This document shows positions 41,158-52,263 of a stretch of 64,000 nucleotides of DNA, in pieces. The stretch is from Gammaproteobacteria bacterium (GTDB lineage: Bacteria; Pseudomonadota; Gammaproteobacteria; SZUA-140). The notes under the pieces were generated by a model. That model saw nothing but the letters and a program-made list of their open reading frames with translations. It ran no database searches and had not been told where the DNA came from. The stretch spans positions 4,543-68,542 of the forward strand of contig JACREF010000019.1 in assembly GCA_016218365.1 (NCBI GenBank). Direction: 5' to 3'. The stretch's first letter is position 1. Each line of letters opens with the position of its first letter. The translations under genes and the position numbers were made by a program.

Positions 41158-41826
41158 TCAATCATCGCCGCCGAACACGCCCAGCAACTGCAGCAGGCTG
41201 AGGAACAGATTATAGATGCTGACGTACAGTCCGATCGTCGCCATGATGTAATTGGTCTCGCCGCCATGCACCATGCGGCTGGTATCAAACAGGATGTAAC
41301 CGGCCATCAGCAGCACCATCATCGCCGACACCGCCAGCGCCATCGCCGGGATCTCGAACAACCAGGCGCCGAGTGACATCAGGATCGCCACGATCAGGCC
41401 GGCAAACAAGGCGCCGCCCATGAAGCTGAAATCCTTGCGCGTCGTCAGTGCATAGGCCGACAGCGCGAGGAAGGTCACGCCGGTCGCTGCCATCGCCATC
41501 ATCACCACCTGTCCGCCGTTAGGCAGATGCAGGTAATGACCGACGATCGGACCCAAGGTATAGCCCATGAAACCGGTCAGCGCGAACACCGCCGCCAACC
41601 CCCAGCTGCTGTCACGCAACTTGGCAGTCAGAAAGAACAGGCCAAAGAAACCCACCAGCGTCAGCAGGAAACCCGGTGCAGGCAGCCGCAGCGTCAGCGC
41701 GGTCGCAGCAACCGCGGCGCTAAACAGCAGCGTCATCGACAACAATATATAGGTATTGCGGATCAGCTTGTTGGTGGCCAGGCTGGCGCTGCGGGTACTG
41801 GCAATCGTGGTCTGGACAGGATTCAT
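41158..41826 (-). CDS. Bax inhibitor-1/YccA family membrane protein
   Basis: 7-TM protein of 222 aa. 'NKLIRNTYILLSMTLLFSA' N-terminus and 'IYNLFLSLLQLLG' C-terminus are typical of the family. Confidence 0.88.
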   Translation of the reverse strand: MNPVQTTIASTRSASLATNKLIRNTYILLSMTLLFSAAVAATALTLRLPAPGFLLTLVGFFGLFFLTAKLRDSSWGLAAVFALTGFMGYTLGPIVGHYLHLPNGGQVVMMAMAATGVTFLALSAYALTTRKDFSFMGGALFAGLIVAILMSLGAWLFEIPAMALAVSAMMVLLMAGYILFDTSRMVHGGETNYIMATIGLYVSIYNLFLSLLQLLGVFGGDD

Positions 41827-42069
41827 GGAATGACTATCTCCGTTAAACTGAAAACGATGTCTGCATTATTCGGCCAGCAGGCCAGAATTTCAAGGGCGCT
41901 CATATTTTTCATAAGCTTATATAATAAATTCCTGTCCTGGCGGAACTATCCATCCCGGAAAAACTTGTATATCATATGTCCTCCCTGACAGGGCGGACGC
42001 CGGTTTTTGCCGGTCGGCGACTGGAAATAATCAATGCCAGACAAGGCGTTGAATGGCAAACCGGTTTGT

Positions 42070-42157
42070 GGAGAGGTGGCTGAGCGGCCGAAAGCGGCGG
42101 TCTTGAAAACCGTTGAAGGGCGACCTTCCGGGGGTTCGAATCCCTCCCTCTCCGCCA
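42070..42157 (+). tRNA. tRNA-Ser (anticodon UGA), class II, CCA encoded
   Basis: GGAGAGG/CCTCTCC acceptor stem, anticodon loop CTTGAAA, long variable arm, T-loop GGTTCGAATCC. Confidence 0.93.
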
Positions 42158-42396
42158 ATAAAACAAGGCAGAACTTCCAGTCTCTGCGGAGCATCGGAAT
42201 AGCCTTTAAGAACTAGAGGGTTGCAGCCTAGATTGACCAAGCAATCCTCTACATTTGGCCCGAATAAGAGCCCAGATACTGCAAAATCCCTGAAGAGTCT
42301 CAGATCGCCTATAAGTGCAGGCGCATCTCGGGGTTCATTAGGAGTGCGATTTCGAGGTCACGGAGCACTCTGTTTCTGGACTTGCCCTGATTCCGG

Positions 42397-42540
42397 CTAG
42401 AACCCATACACCAATGTCACTGCAGTTTCGCTGTCTGTCTCTTTGCTACCTACGGGAACATCGGATATATGACGCACCGTCAGCGGGTTCTCATAATCGA
42501 TCCGAGCGAAGATGTAGCTCAGTGCATCATATTTATAAGG
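42397..42540 (-). pseudogene. Start-less remnant encoding an outer-membrane-protein-like C-terminus
   Basis: Open frame '...YDALSYIFARIDYENPLTVRHISDVPVGSKETDSETAVTLVYGF*' ends in a beta-signal-like V-x-L-x-Y-x-F. It has no start codon and is preceded by an in-frame stop. Confidence 0.35.
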
Positions 42541-42622
42541 TTAACGTCATGTTTGCTCCTCTTTAATAAGGAGTCAATTATATCGACAGGCCAGCTCAAG
42601 GGCATCTAATTAAAAACTGAAC

Positions 42623-43120
42623 ATGCCATGCGCTATACCGCGCGTTATTTCCGAATATCACGACTGGGAGGTCGTCGGTGAATCGATAAAGGGCACCTTA
42701 TTTCTGCTGTTTCTTGTCACCATCGCGTTGATGATGCCGGTGGAACAGCTGCCCATCGCCTCGTGGCAATCTGCCTTCAGCCTGGGCTTCGTCTCTGCTG
42801 TATTTGATAACATCCCGCCAACTGCGTTGGCGATCCGTCAAGATGGTTGGACTGGGGAATCCTCGCCTTCGCCGTCGGTGATGGCAGCTCGCTGTTGCGG
42901 TTCGGATCATCCGCCGGCGTGGCGCTGACAAACATGTATCCTGAAGCTCGATCGGCCGGTCGTTGGCTGCGCCACGGTTGACATGTCACCGTGGCCTATA
43001 TCGTCGGCTTCCTCGTCATGCTGACGGTGCTGGGCTGGCACCCAGAACCACTAATAACGTCGACCGCCCCGAGTCAGGCTGAGAAAACTCAAACCATTAT
43101 TGCACACAAAGATATGCGCT
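42623..43120 (+). pseudogene. C-terminal fragment of an NhaD/ArsB-type ion transporter, frameshifted and with an internal TGA
   Basis: 'LGFVSAVFDNIPPTA' continues in another frame as 'WGILAFAVGDGSSLLRFGSSAGVALTN...'. There is then a TGA at 42979-42981, followed by 'HVTVAYIVGFLVMLTVLGW'. The N-terminal roughly 300 aa are absent. Confidence 0.55.
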
Positions 43121-43182
43121 AATCACCAACAACAATCACGCCATTGTAAACTCTCAAAATGGCCGCCACCTCAACTGGACCC

Positions 43183-45393
43183 TCACCATGCGGTGTTCTG
43201 GCCCGGCCAAACCAGCCCAGCACCTGTAGGAAGGACCGGGATATCAAACGGCGCCACCCATGGCAGCGGAGGGCTGGCCATGGTGATGGAACCCAGCGAG
43301 GTCCGGTCACCGGTCGTCAGATTGGCGTAGGAAACGGTCGCCATGTTGGACTGGCCAAATGGCGTGTAGGTTGGGTAGCTGCCCCACGCCCACGAGGCCA
43401 GCAGGCTGTCACCCGCCGCCCAGCCGATATTGCCGCCATTGCTGCCACCGGGCACCAGCAGCGGATCGGTCAGCGCATGGCTGGTGGTCTGCACCCCGCC
43501 TTCAATCTGACGCTTGTAGGTGGTGGCGAACGGCGCGATATTGACGATAGTGTAATCCCTGGCGCCATTGGCGGCCATCGTCATGTCAAACTGGGTTCCA
43601 TATAACATCCCGAGAAACGACGGGCGTCCGCTGACCGCAGCGCTGCCTTCAAACCCGACCACCTGTTTGAGCTGCAAGGTCGGCGTCGCGCCACTGCCCT
43701 GGGCCCAGCCATTGTTGAGCAGGGCGGTGTAGCCAAACGGCGTGGTGGCCGTCACAACCGGGTAAAACGGCAGATAGGTGATACCGGAAATCGGCTCGGA
43801 CAACAGCTGCGCGGTACCCAGTTGCTGGATCTTGGTTGAGACACCCTGCTGCCCCGGGCTGACAAAGGTCTCATTGGCAAACTCCAATGCACCGGCAGTA
43901 GTCCCGCCGATGTTAAACGATCCTGCCGTGCCGGACTTGGTGAAGACCGGCGCCGTACGCGGGCTACCGGTGGCGCCATTCTGGGTGATGATGGTCTGGA
44001 AATATTTCTTGCCGTCGGCCGCCGTCAGATCACGCTGATAGAAGCCATTGCCGGTAAAGGGCGTACCGCAAGTGAAGCCCAGCACACAAGCATCCGCCGT
44101 GATGTCTCCATTGAGGGCCGTCCAGCCACCCATCGCAAGCGGTGGTCCACCGCCGCCGCTGCCGTTCAGCGGTGCGGCGACGTGGTCATTGAGCGGCGTG
44201 ACATAATCAATGGCCGGACTGACCCAACTGGTTGGGGTAATGGCTGCAGGTAACGCGGCGATGTCCTGCGTCACGTCAAAAACGCCGCCCGCAGTCTTGG
44301 GTGAAAAATACGTATTGAGGTTGCTCGGCGGATTGGCGCTGGTCTGGCTGGTCAGCTTGGTCTCGCTGTGGACGTATGGATAGATATAATAAGAGCCCCC
44401 CCAATAGGGTTCTCCTGAGCCATCATAGGTATAGGCCGTATGGCTGAATAGAGCAGGTTCTGCAGCCTCGACATCCTGTGTTTGCCCTATCCATAATGCC
44501 TGCAATACATTGCCCAGACCGCCAGAATTATTAATATAGAAATCCCCGCCATTGCTGCCACCCGGCAACAGCGCAGCACCGGTGCCCGGCTTATGGAGAA
44601 TTCCCGGATTCGGATCTTTCAACCACTGAAATTTCTGCACCCCGTTACCGATCTTGACATCCAAGGACACCTGCAAATCGCCATTACCGTATCTGATACG
44701 GGAACTCAGCAGCTCAATGGGTTGGCCCGGCACTGTCCAGTCGATCTGCCTGAGCAACTGGTCATATGTCACGCGGGTACCCAGGTCGCAGGTAACGTTG
44801 ACTGCGCAAGTAGTATATCCGGTCTGTGCCGTGGCCACCTGCGACCAGCGATCCTCAACGTTACCCGGTCGGGTCCAGCTGTCGGCAATGACCGTCCGCT
44901 GGTTGACTGAACCATATTGCACACTGCTGCCTTTGGAGAACGTCTCATTGGCAAAATGCAGGCCGCCGGCCTCATGCGGATCTTTATTTGGATCACCGGT
45001 CGCGCCAGGGTCGGTCATGATGTACTGGAAATACGATGTCGGGGCATTCTGCTGAAACTCCAGCAACGTTCCATCACCTTTTGGATAGTAGCCCATCACG
45101 GCCTTCATCGTGACCTTTCGATAGAAGAAGCCGTCATCAATGATCGCCGCGCCACAGGATAAGGCCGTGGAGGGGCACGGGGCCGTAGGGGAGATGACGC
45201 CTGCTGTTACCGTCCAGCCCCCATAACTGGGAGGGGTGGAGGTGGCATAAGCGCCCGAGACAAACAACGCGCTGCCAAGAATCAGCGATGCGCCGCCTGC
45301 CCAAAAGGTCTTGTTTGTCCACAGGCCAAACACTGGTATGCGGCCTTGGTCTTTAACAGGATGACGGACCATAAACTGAAGAGTAATTGCCAT
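43183..45393 (-). CDS. Secreted protein of unknown function with two homologous ~350-aa halves
   Basis: GAGAGG lies 7 nt upstream of the ATG at 45393. The signal peptide ends 'SGAYA'. Motifs are duplicated between the halves (see findings). Confidence 0.75.
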   Translation of the reverse strand: MAITLQFMVRHPVKDQGRIPVFGLWTNKTFWAGGASLILGSALFVSGAYATSTPPSYGGWTVTAGVISPTAPCPSTALSCGAAIIDDGFFYRKVTMKAVMGYYPKGDGTLLEFQQNAPTSYFQYIMTDPGATGDPNKDPHEAGGLHFANETFSKGSSVQYGSVNQRTVIADSWTRPGNVEDRWSQVATAQTGYTTCAVNVTCDLGTRVTYDQLLRQIDWTVPGQPIELLSSRIRYGNGDLQVSLDVKIGNGVQKFQWLKDPNPGILHKPGTGAALLPGGSNGGDFYINNSGGLGNVLQALWIGQTQDVEAAEPALFSHTAYTYDGSGEPYWGGSYYIYPYVHSETKLTSQTSANPPSNLNTYFSPKTAGGVFDVTQDIAALPAAITPTSWVSPAIDYVTPLNDHVAAPLNGSGGGGPPLAMGGWTALNGDITADACVLGFTCGTPFTGNGFYQRDLTAADGKKYFQTIITQNGATGSPRTAPVFTKSGTAGSFNIGGTTAGALEFANETFVSPGQQGVSTKIQQLGTAQLLSEPISGITYLPFYPVVTATTPFGYTALLNNGWAQGSGATPTLQLKQVVGFEGSAAVSGRPSFLGMLYGTQFDMTMAANGARDYTIVNIAPFATTYKRQIEGGVQTTSHALTDPLLVPGGSNGGNIGWAAGDSLLASWAWGSYPTYTPFGQSNMATVSYANLTTGDRTSLGSITMASPPLPWVAPFDIPVLPTGAGLVWPGQNTAW

Positions 45394-45576
45394 GCCCTGC
45401 CTCTCTAATTTGATCATAGCCCGGCAGCACTACGCGCCTCCTGCGGGTAGCCATGGCATACAGCAGTTTTAAGGTTAGCTTAAATCAAGGCATATGCCTA
45501 GTCCTGATATGTGCAAACAAGGTGGCAACGTCTAGATTGGCTTCAGCTGGCGGGGGTCTGGGGATTGGAGGGGGAT

Positions 45577-46278
45577 TCAATCCGCCAGCGCGGCATACAC
45601 ATGCTGAACATCATCGTCGGCATCAATGGCGTCCAGAAAGGCCTCGACCTCGGCGCGCTCGGCTTCACCCAGCGTCAGCGGATTTTTCGGCCGGTACCCC
45701 AGTCTGGCCGACTGGACAATAAACCCCTGGGCCGGCAGTGCGCGAGCGACTGCATCCATATCGACCGGGTCGGTCAGAAACAGCGTTGCACCCTCCTCAC
45801 CCGGCTCCAGGTCCTGGGCCCCGGCCTCGATGGCGGCCAGATCGGCATCGGCACCCGGCGTGTCCGGGGTGGCCTCGATCATCCCCAGATAGTCAAAGTC
45901 CCATGACACCGCGCCGGCAGAACCCAGCTGTCCCTTGCGAAACAGCACCCGCATGCTGGAGATCGTGCGATTGACATTTTCTGTCAGACACTCGACGATC
46001 ACCGGCACCCGGTGTGGTGCAAAGCCTTCATAGGCAACCTTCTCGTAGTTCAGGCCTTCATCCAGCAAACCGGCACCCTTTTTGATCGCGCGCTCCAGCG
46101 TATCCTTGGGCATCGAGGCCTTTTTGGCCTGTTCAATGGCCAGGCGCAGCCGCGGATTCATGCCGGGATCGGCCCCATTACGTGCCGCCACCATGATCTC
46201 TCTGGCCAGCTTGGTGAAGATCCGTCCCTTGGCGTTGGCCGCAGCCTCCCTGCCCTTCGCCTTCCACTGTGCACCCAT
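45577..46278 (-). CDS. YebC/PmpR family DNA-binding transcriptional regulator
   Basis: '[59 protein letters not shown]'. Confidence 0.92.
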   Translation of the reverse strand: MGAQWKAKGREAAANAKGRIFTKLAREIMVAARNGADPGMNPRLRLAIEQAKKASMPKDTLERAIKKGAGLLDEGLNYEKVAYEGFAPHRVPVIVECLTENVNRTISSMRVLFRKGQLGSAGAVSWDFDYLGMIEATPDTPGADADLAAIEAGAQDLEPGEEGATLFLTDPVDMDAVARALPAQGFIVQSARLGYRPKNPLTLGEAERAEVEAFLDAIDADDDVQHVYAALAD

Positions 46279-46389
46279 GTCGTTGCCTCACTCAACTAAA
46301 GTATCCATATTCCCCGTCACGCGCCGGCGACGGGCACAGGAACTGTAACAGAAAACCCTTCCCCCGATAACCCGCACACCGCTGCGCCG

Positions 46390-46419
46390 TTGACCCATTA
46401 CCCGGCGCCGGGTTAGAGT
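46390..46419 (+). promoter_or_regulatory. Candidate sigma70 promoter with palindromic spacer
   Basis: TTGACC, 18 nt, TAGAGT. The spacer contains the perfect palindrome CCCGGCGCCGGG (46401-46412). Confidence 0.35.
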
Positions 46420-46593
46420 CTGATGCATGACAAACCGTTACATTGCAAATACCGTAATGATCCGCGCGCTGGTGCTGTGGCTACCCACCCTGCGCAGCGG
46501 TTGCCGTTCGTCCTGATCTGACCAAGCAACCGCGGGCCCACCGCGGTTGTCCTACATTGCACCCCGTTGAGCCCGCCACCACCGGGGCTCGCC

Positions 46594-47523
46594 ATGACAA
46601 CAGACCGTATTACGCTACCCACCGCCTTGCTAACCGGCTCGATGCTGGTGATGATCTCGGCCATTGCCTTTTCATCGAAGGCGATCATGGCCAAGCTTGC
46701 CTATCGCTATCATGTCGATGTTGAGACCTTGCTCGCCCTGCGCATGGCCTGCTCGACCCCATTCTTCTTGTTGCTGGCCGTGTGGGTATATTTCAGCGGC
46801 GGCAGAAGGACCTTCAGCCTGCGTGACGGGATCATCATCGCGATCCTCGGTGTCATCGGCGGTTATCTGCCGATGTGGCTGGATTTCGCCGGACTGCGCT
46901 ATGTCAGCGCCGGACTGGAACGGATCATCCTGTTCCTGTATCCGACGATGGTGGTCATCCTCTCGGCATTCTGGTATCGCCAGCACATCGGGCGCCGGGA
47001 GATCCTGGCGCTGATCATAAGTTATGGCGGTGTCATCATGGTCGTGGGCCATGATGTCATGACAACGACCACGGACTCCGGACAGATGGCATTGGGGGCC
47101 ATGCTGGTCTTTGCCAGTGCGCTGCTGTATGCAGGCTATCTGGTGTGCTGCGGCAGGATCATCCCGCGCGTTGGCTCCGCGGCCTTTACCGCCTATTCGA
47201 TGTTGATGGCCAGTGCCACCAGCGGTCTGCATTTCGCCGCCACTGATCACCAGGCCTCGATACTCAATCTTCCCGCAGCGGTATATCAGATCGCGTTGCT
47301 GATGGCGGTGATTGCCACGGTATTGCCGGCATTGCTGCTGAACATCGGCATCCAGCGTATCGGCAGCAACCGCGCCGCACTGGTCAGCTCGATCGGTCCG
47401 GTGTCAACCATCGTGCTGGCCTATGTATTCCTCGATGAACCCGTCACAGGATTACAAATGGCCGGCGCAGCGCTGGTCATCAGCGGGGTATTGCTCATCA
47501 CAACCCACAAGGCACCAGCTTGA
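46594..47523 (+). CDS. DMT-superfamily (EamA-like) transporter
   Basis: 10-TM profile with two EamA-type halves. ATG at 46594; the TTG at 46567 is an alternative start. Confidence 0.85.
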   Translation: MTTDRITLPTALLTGSMLVMISAIAFSSKAIMAKLAYRYHVDVETLLALRMACSTPFFLLLAVWVYFSGGRRTFSLRDGIIIAILGVIGGYLPMWLDFAGLRYVSAGLERIILFLYPTMVVILSAFWYRQHIGRREILALIISYGGVIMVVGHDVMTTTTDSGQMALGAMLVFASALLYAGYLVCCGRIIPRVGSAAFTAYSMLMASATSGLHFAATDHQASILNLPAAVYQIALLMAVIATVLPALLLNIGIQRIGSNRAALVSSIGPVSTIVLAYVFLDEPVTGLQMAGAALVISGVLLITTHKAPA

Positions 47524-47587
47524 TTCGATCCATGGCATGGCATACCCTTGGAGAGGTCGCCATTCAACTGTCGTAACCGGAGATGCA

Positions 47588-47956
47588 ATGAACAAATGGA
47601 CCGTGTTGTGCGCTGTGATGATGCTGGCCACAGGACTGACCCAGATGGCCGCTGCCGAGTCCGATGATCAATCGTGCCAGCCGGACATAAAAAAGTTCTG
47701 CGCCGATGTCAAACCTGGCGGAGGCCGTATCATACAGTGCCTGAAAAAACATGATGCCGAGTTGTCTGAGGCCTGCAAGGCCCGGGGCAAACAGGCCCGG
47801 GAGCATGCCAAGGAAACGCATCAGGCCTGCAAGGATGACGTGCAAAAACTCTGCAAGGATGTTCAGCCGGGTGAGGGGAGGATCATCTCCTGTCTGAAGG
47901 AGCATGATGCCGACGTGTCTCAGGCCTGCAAAAAGTCCATGCATCGCAAACAATAA
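47588..47956 (+). CDS. Secreted cysteine-rich repeat protein (two C-x-D-[IV]-x-K-[FL]-C...G-R-I-I-x-C-L repeats)
   Basis: Signal peptide 'MNKWTVLCAVMMLATGLTQMAAA', then two copies of 'C..D..KFC.DV.PG.GRII.CLK.HDA..S.ACK'. Confidence 0.8.
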   Translation: MNKWTVLCAVMMLATGLTQMAAAESDDQSCQPDIKKFCADVKPGGGRIIQCLKKHDAELSEACKARGKQAREHAKETHQACKDDVQKLCKDVQPGEGRIISCLKEHDADVSQACKKSMHRKQ

Positions 47957-48070
47957 GCCGCCCGCGACCAGGATCCCTGACCCGGATCGCCGCCGGAAGA
48001 CAGACTGTGGCAGCGTCAGGTGTTCATCACAAATTTTTACTGATGATTCGACCACCGCTGGAATGACACT

Positions 48071-49063
48071 ATGACAACGACCCACCCCTTTGCAGAATTT
48101 ATCGAGATCCTGGGCCGCGGCAAGAACGGCTCACGCTCACTGAGCTTTGATGAGGCGTGGCGCGCGATGACGATGGTCATGCGCGACGAGGTCGAAGCGG
48201 TACAGCTCGGCGCCTTTTTGATGCTGCTGCGCGTCAAGGAAGAATCACCGGAGGAGCTGGCCGGTTTTGCCCGGGCGGCGCGTCAGGCCCTGCCGGGCCA
48301 GCCGCCCACGGGCGTCCAACTGGACTGGCCCAGTTACGCCGGCAAGCGCCGCCAGCTGCCGTGGTTTGTTCTATCTGCCCAGCTGCTGGCGCACAACGGC
48401 ATCCCGGTGTTCATGCACGGCTCCCGCGGCCGCAAGCCCGATCGCATCTATACCGAACAGGCGATCACCGCTCTGGGCCTGCCGGTGTGCATGGATTTCG
48501 CAATGGCCACAACTGAAATTGCCCGGCGCGGTTTCGCCTATGTCCCGCTGCAGAACTTCGCACCGCGGTTGCAACAGATCATGGACCTGCGAGCACTGCT
48601 GGGCCTGCGCTCACCGATCAACACATTATTGCGGGTGTTAAACCCGTCGGATGCCCCGTACCTGCTGCAGAGCACCTTCCATCCCAATTACCGCGAGATC
48701 CATCAGCAGACGGCGCTGCTGCTGCGCCACCCGCACATGGCGGTATTCAAGGGTGAAAGTGGCGAGATCGAACGCGACCCGGATCGTGAATGCGATGTCT
48801 ATGCCGTGCATAATGAGGTCGCCACGATCGAGCACTGGCCGCCGATGTTCGCCAAGGGGCGTCATCTGAAGGACGAGAAGATGGACATCACCCGCCTGGC
48901 CGCACTGTGGCGCGGTGACATCGACGATGAATACGGCACCGCTGCCGTCATCGGCACCACCGCGATTGTACTACGGCTGCTGCAGCGCGCCGCCGGGCCG
49001 CAGCAGGCGCTGCAGCAGGCCGGTGATCTGTGGCAGGCGCGCCCCCGCCAGCACTTTGACTAG
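48071..49063 (+). CDS. Glycosyl transferase family 3 protein (anthranilate phosphoribosyltransferase paralogue, YbiB-like)
   Basis: '[23 protein letters not shown]' and '[22 protein letters not shown]' are typical of the TrpD2/YbiB family. Confidence 0.75.
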   Translation: MTTTHPFAEFIEILGRGKNGSRSLSFDEAWRAMTMVMRDEVEAVQLGAFLMLLRVKEESPEELAGFARAARQALPGQPPTGVQLDWPSYAGKRRQLPWFVLSAQLLAHNGIPVFMHGSRGRKPDRIYTEQAITALGLPVCMDFAMATTEIARRGFAYVPLQNFAPRLQQIMDLRALLGLRSPINTLLRVLNPSDAPYLLQSTFHPNYREIHQQTALLLRHPHMAVFKGESGEIERDPDRECDVYAVHNEVATIEHWPPMFAKGRHLKDEKMDITRLAALWRGDIDDEYGTAAVIGTTAIVLRLLQRAAGPQQALQQAGDLWQARPRQHFD

Positions 49064-50451
49064 CGCTGCGGGTGAAACCAGGCCAGCGTTTGATGCAGCC
49101 CGACAACATCCCCGACGATGATCAAGGTCGGCGCATGTAATTCGCTATTCCGGACCATCCCCGGCAAGGTTGTCAGTGTCCCGGTCACGACACGCTGCCG
49201 CAATGTCGTGCCCTGCTCGACAATCGCGACCGGCATATCCGCCCGCATGCCATGTTCGATCAATTTCTCACATAACACATCAAGCCCGTGCAATCCCATA
49301 TAGATGACGATGGTCTGGGCCGGCGCGACCAGATGCTGCCAGTCGAGATTGAGCTGGCCATCCTTCAGATGACCGGTGACGAACAGCACCGACTGCGCAT
49401 GGTCACGGTGTGTCAGCGGGATGCCGGCATAGCTGGCGCAGCCTGACGCCGCGGTGATGCCCGGCACCACCTGGAACGGTATCTGCTGCTGCGCCAGCAA
49501 CTCGATCTCCTCGCCGCCGCGCCCGAAGATGAACGGGTCACCGCCCTTCAGACGCAACACCCGTTTGCCCTGCCGCGCCAGATCGACCATCATCTGACTG
49601 ATCTCATGCTGACGCACGGCGTGAAAATCGCGTTTCTTGCCGACATAGATCCGCTCGGCCTCGCGCCGCACCAGATCGAGGATCGGCGCCGCGACCAGCC
49701 GGTCATATAACACGACATCGGCGCTCTGCATCAGCCGCAACGCACGGAAGGTCAGCAGATCCGGATCACCGGGACCGGCACCCACCAGATAGACCTCACC
49801 ACGATGATCAGCTGCCGCCGGGTCATGCAGCGCCTGCTCGATCAGTTGCGCGGCCTGTTGTTCATGACCGCTGAACACCTGCTCGGCCACCGGTCCGCTC
49901 AAGATCCGCTCCCAGAACCGGCGACGCTGTTCACTGCTGGCGTAGCGCTGCTTGACCTGGTGACGATAACGTTCCAGCAGGGTGGCCAGCCGGCCATAGG
50001 CGGCCGGGATCAGCGTCTCGAGACGGGCGCGCAGCAGCCGCGCCAGCACCGGTGATGCGCCACCGGTCGACACCGCCACGACAACCGGCGAGCGATCGAC
50101 GATCGATGGAAAGATGAAGTTACATAATTGCGGCTGATCGACGACATTGATCAGCAGCTGGCGGCGCTGCGCCTCGGCCGCCACCGCGACATTGACCTGC
50201 TGGTCATCGGTGGCGGCCACCACCAGCCGTGCGCCGTCCAGTACCTCTGGGGTAAAGGTTTGCGCCAGATGGCTGATGCGGCCCTGCTGGCACAGTGCCG
50301 TCAACCCGGCGACCAGTTGCGGGGCGATCACGGTGATCCGCGCACCGGCCCGGCCGAGCAGCAGCACCTTGCGATGCGCCACCTCACCACCACCGACGAT
50401 GACACAGCGCGCATCGTGCAGCGCTGCAAACAGCGGGAAGTATTTCATCAC
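49060..50451 (-). CDS. cysG: Siroheme synthase CysG (precorrin-2 dehydrogenase/ferrochelatase plus SUMT)
   Basis: N-terminal Rossmann motif '[10 protein letters not shown]'. C-terminal methyltransferase motifs '[15 protein letters not shown]' and '[16 protein letters not shown]'. Confidence 0.94.
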   Translation of the reverse strand: MMKYFPLFAALHDARCVIVGGGEVAHRKVLLLGRAGARITVIAPQLVAGLTALCQQGRISHLAQTFTPEVLDGARLVVAATDDQQVNVAVAAEAQRRQLLINVVDQPQLCNFIFPSIVDRSPVVVAVSTGGASPVLARLLRARLETLIPAAYGRLATLLERYRHQVKQRYASSEQRRRFWERILSGPVAEQVFSGHEQQAAQLIEQALHDPAAADHRGEVYLVGAGPGDPDLLTFRALRLMQSADVVLYDRLVAAPILDLVRREAERIYVGKKRDFHAVRQHEISQMMVDLARQGKRVLRLKGGDPFIFGRGGEEIELLAQQQIPFQVVPGITAASGCASYAGIPLTHRDHAQSVLFVTGHLKDGQLNLDWQHLVAPAQTIVIYMGLHGLDVLCEKLIEHGMRADMPVAIVEQGTTLRQRVVTGTLTTLPGMVRNSELHAPTLIIVGDVVGLHQTLAWFHPQR

Positions 50452-50480
50452 GCAGCACCCCGGGTGGTGGTCGCCATCGC

Positions 50481-51797
<1,317 letters not shown>

Positions 51798-52005
51798 TCA
51801 ACGGGCCCTAAGTATAGGAGATGGGGCTCGCGCTGCCCAGCCACGCGGTCAAACCCTCAGGTGAAAATATTCAGCGGCTCCTCCTTGCCCGCCACCTTAG
51901 CCATCCCTTAACATGGCGCAAAATGACAGAACACATATTTCGCTTTCGCCTTTCTTTGACTATACTAACTCACAAGAATTAATCCTTTTATTTATTGAGG
52001 TTATT

Positions 52006-52188
52006 ATGCTTATCTTGACCCGTCGTACCGATGAAGCGCTCAAAATCGGCGACAATATCACCATTACGGTCTTGGAGATCAGGGGTAATCAGGTACGTCT
52101 GGGTGTCGATGCACCGCGGGATGTATCGGTACACCGTCAGGAGATCTACGATCGTCTCAGCGAGGCCCCAGCAAATACCCAGGGCTGA
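52006..52188 (+). CDS. csrA: Carbon storage regulator CsrA/RsmA
   Basis: '[48 protein letters not shown]'. 60 aa. Start is the internal ATG at 52006. Confidence 0.93.
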   Translation: MLILTRRTDEALKIGDNITITVLEIRGNQVRLGVDAPRDVSVHRQEIYDRLSEAPANTQG

Positions 52189-52263
52189 TTGACTGCAAAC
52201 GGGACGGCCTGGTGTGTCGTCCCGCTGTCCGGAGCATCACAGCCCAGCGTCGGGCCTGCCGTA

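Noticed and set aside
41946-42240. Several 60-82-aa ORFs on both strands around 42.0-42.2 kb.
   Set aside because: They overlap the tRNA-Ser gene and are translations of tRNA sequence.
42623-42928. 101-aa ORF taken at face value as a small membrane protein gene.
   Set aside because: Its C-terminal third is out of frame relative to a clear continuation of transporter sequence in another frame. It also lacks the N-terminal two-thirds of the family. It was therefore called a pseudogene fragment.
42158-45576. Intact genomic island or prophage integrated at tRNA-Ser.
   Set aside because: No integrase, excisionase, phage or transposase ORF is present. I could not find a direct repeat of the tRNA 3' end in the window. 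Only gene fragments and one unknown gene are there.
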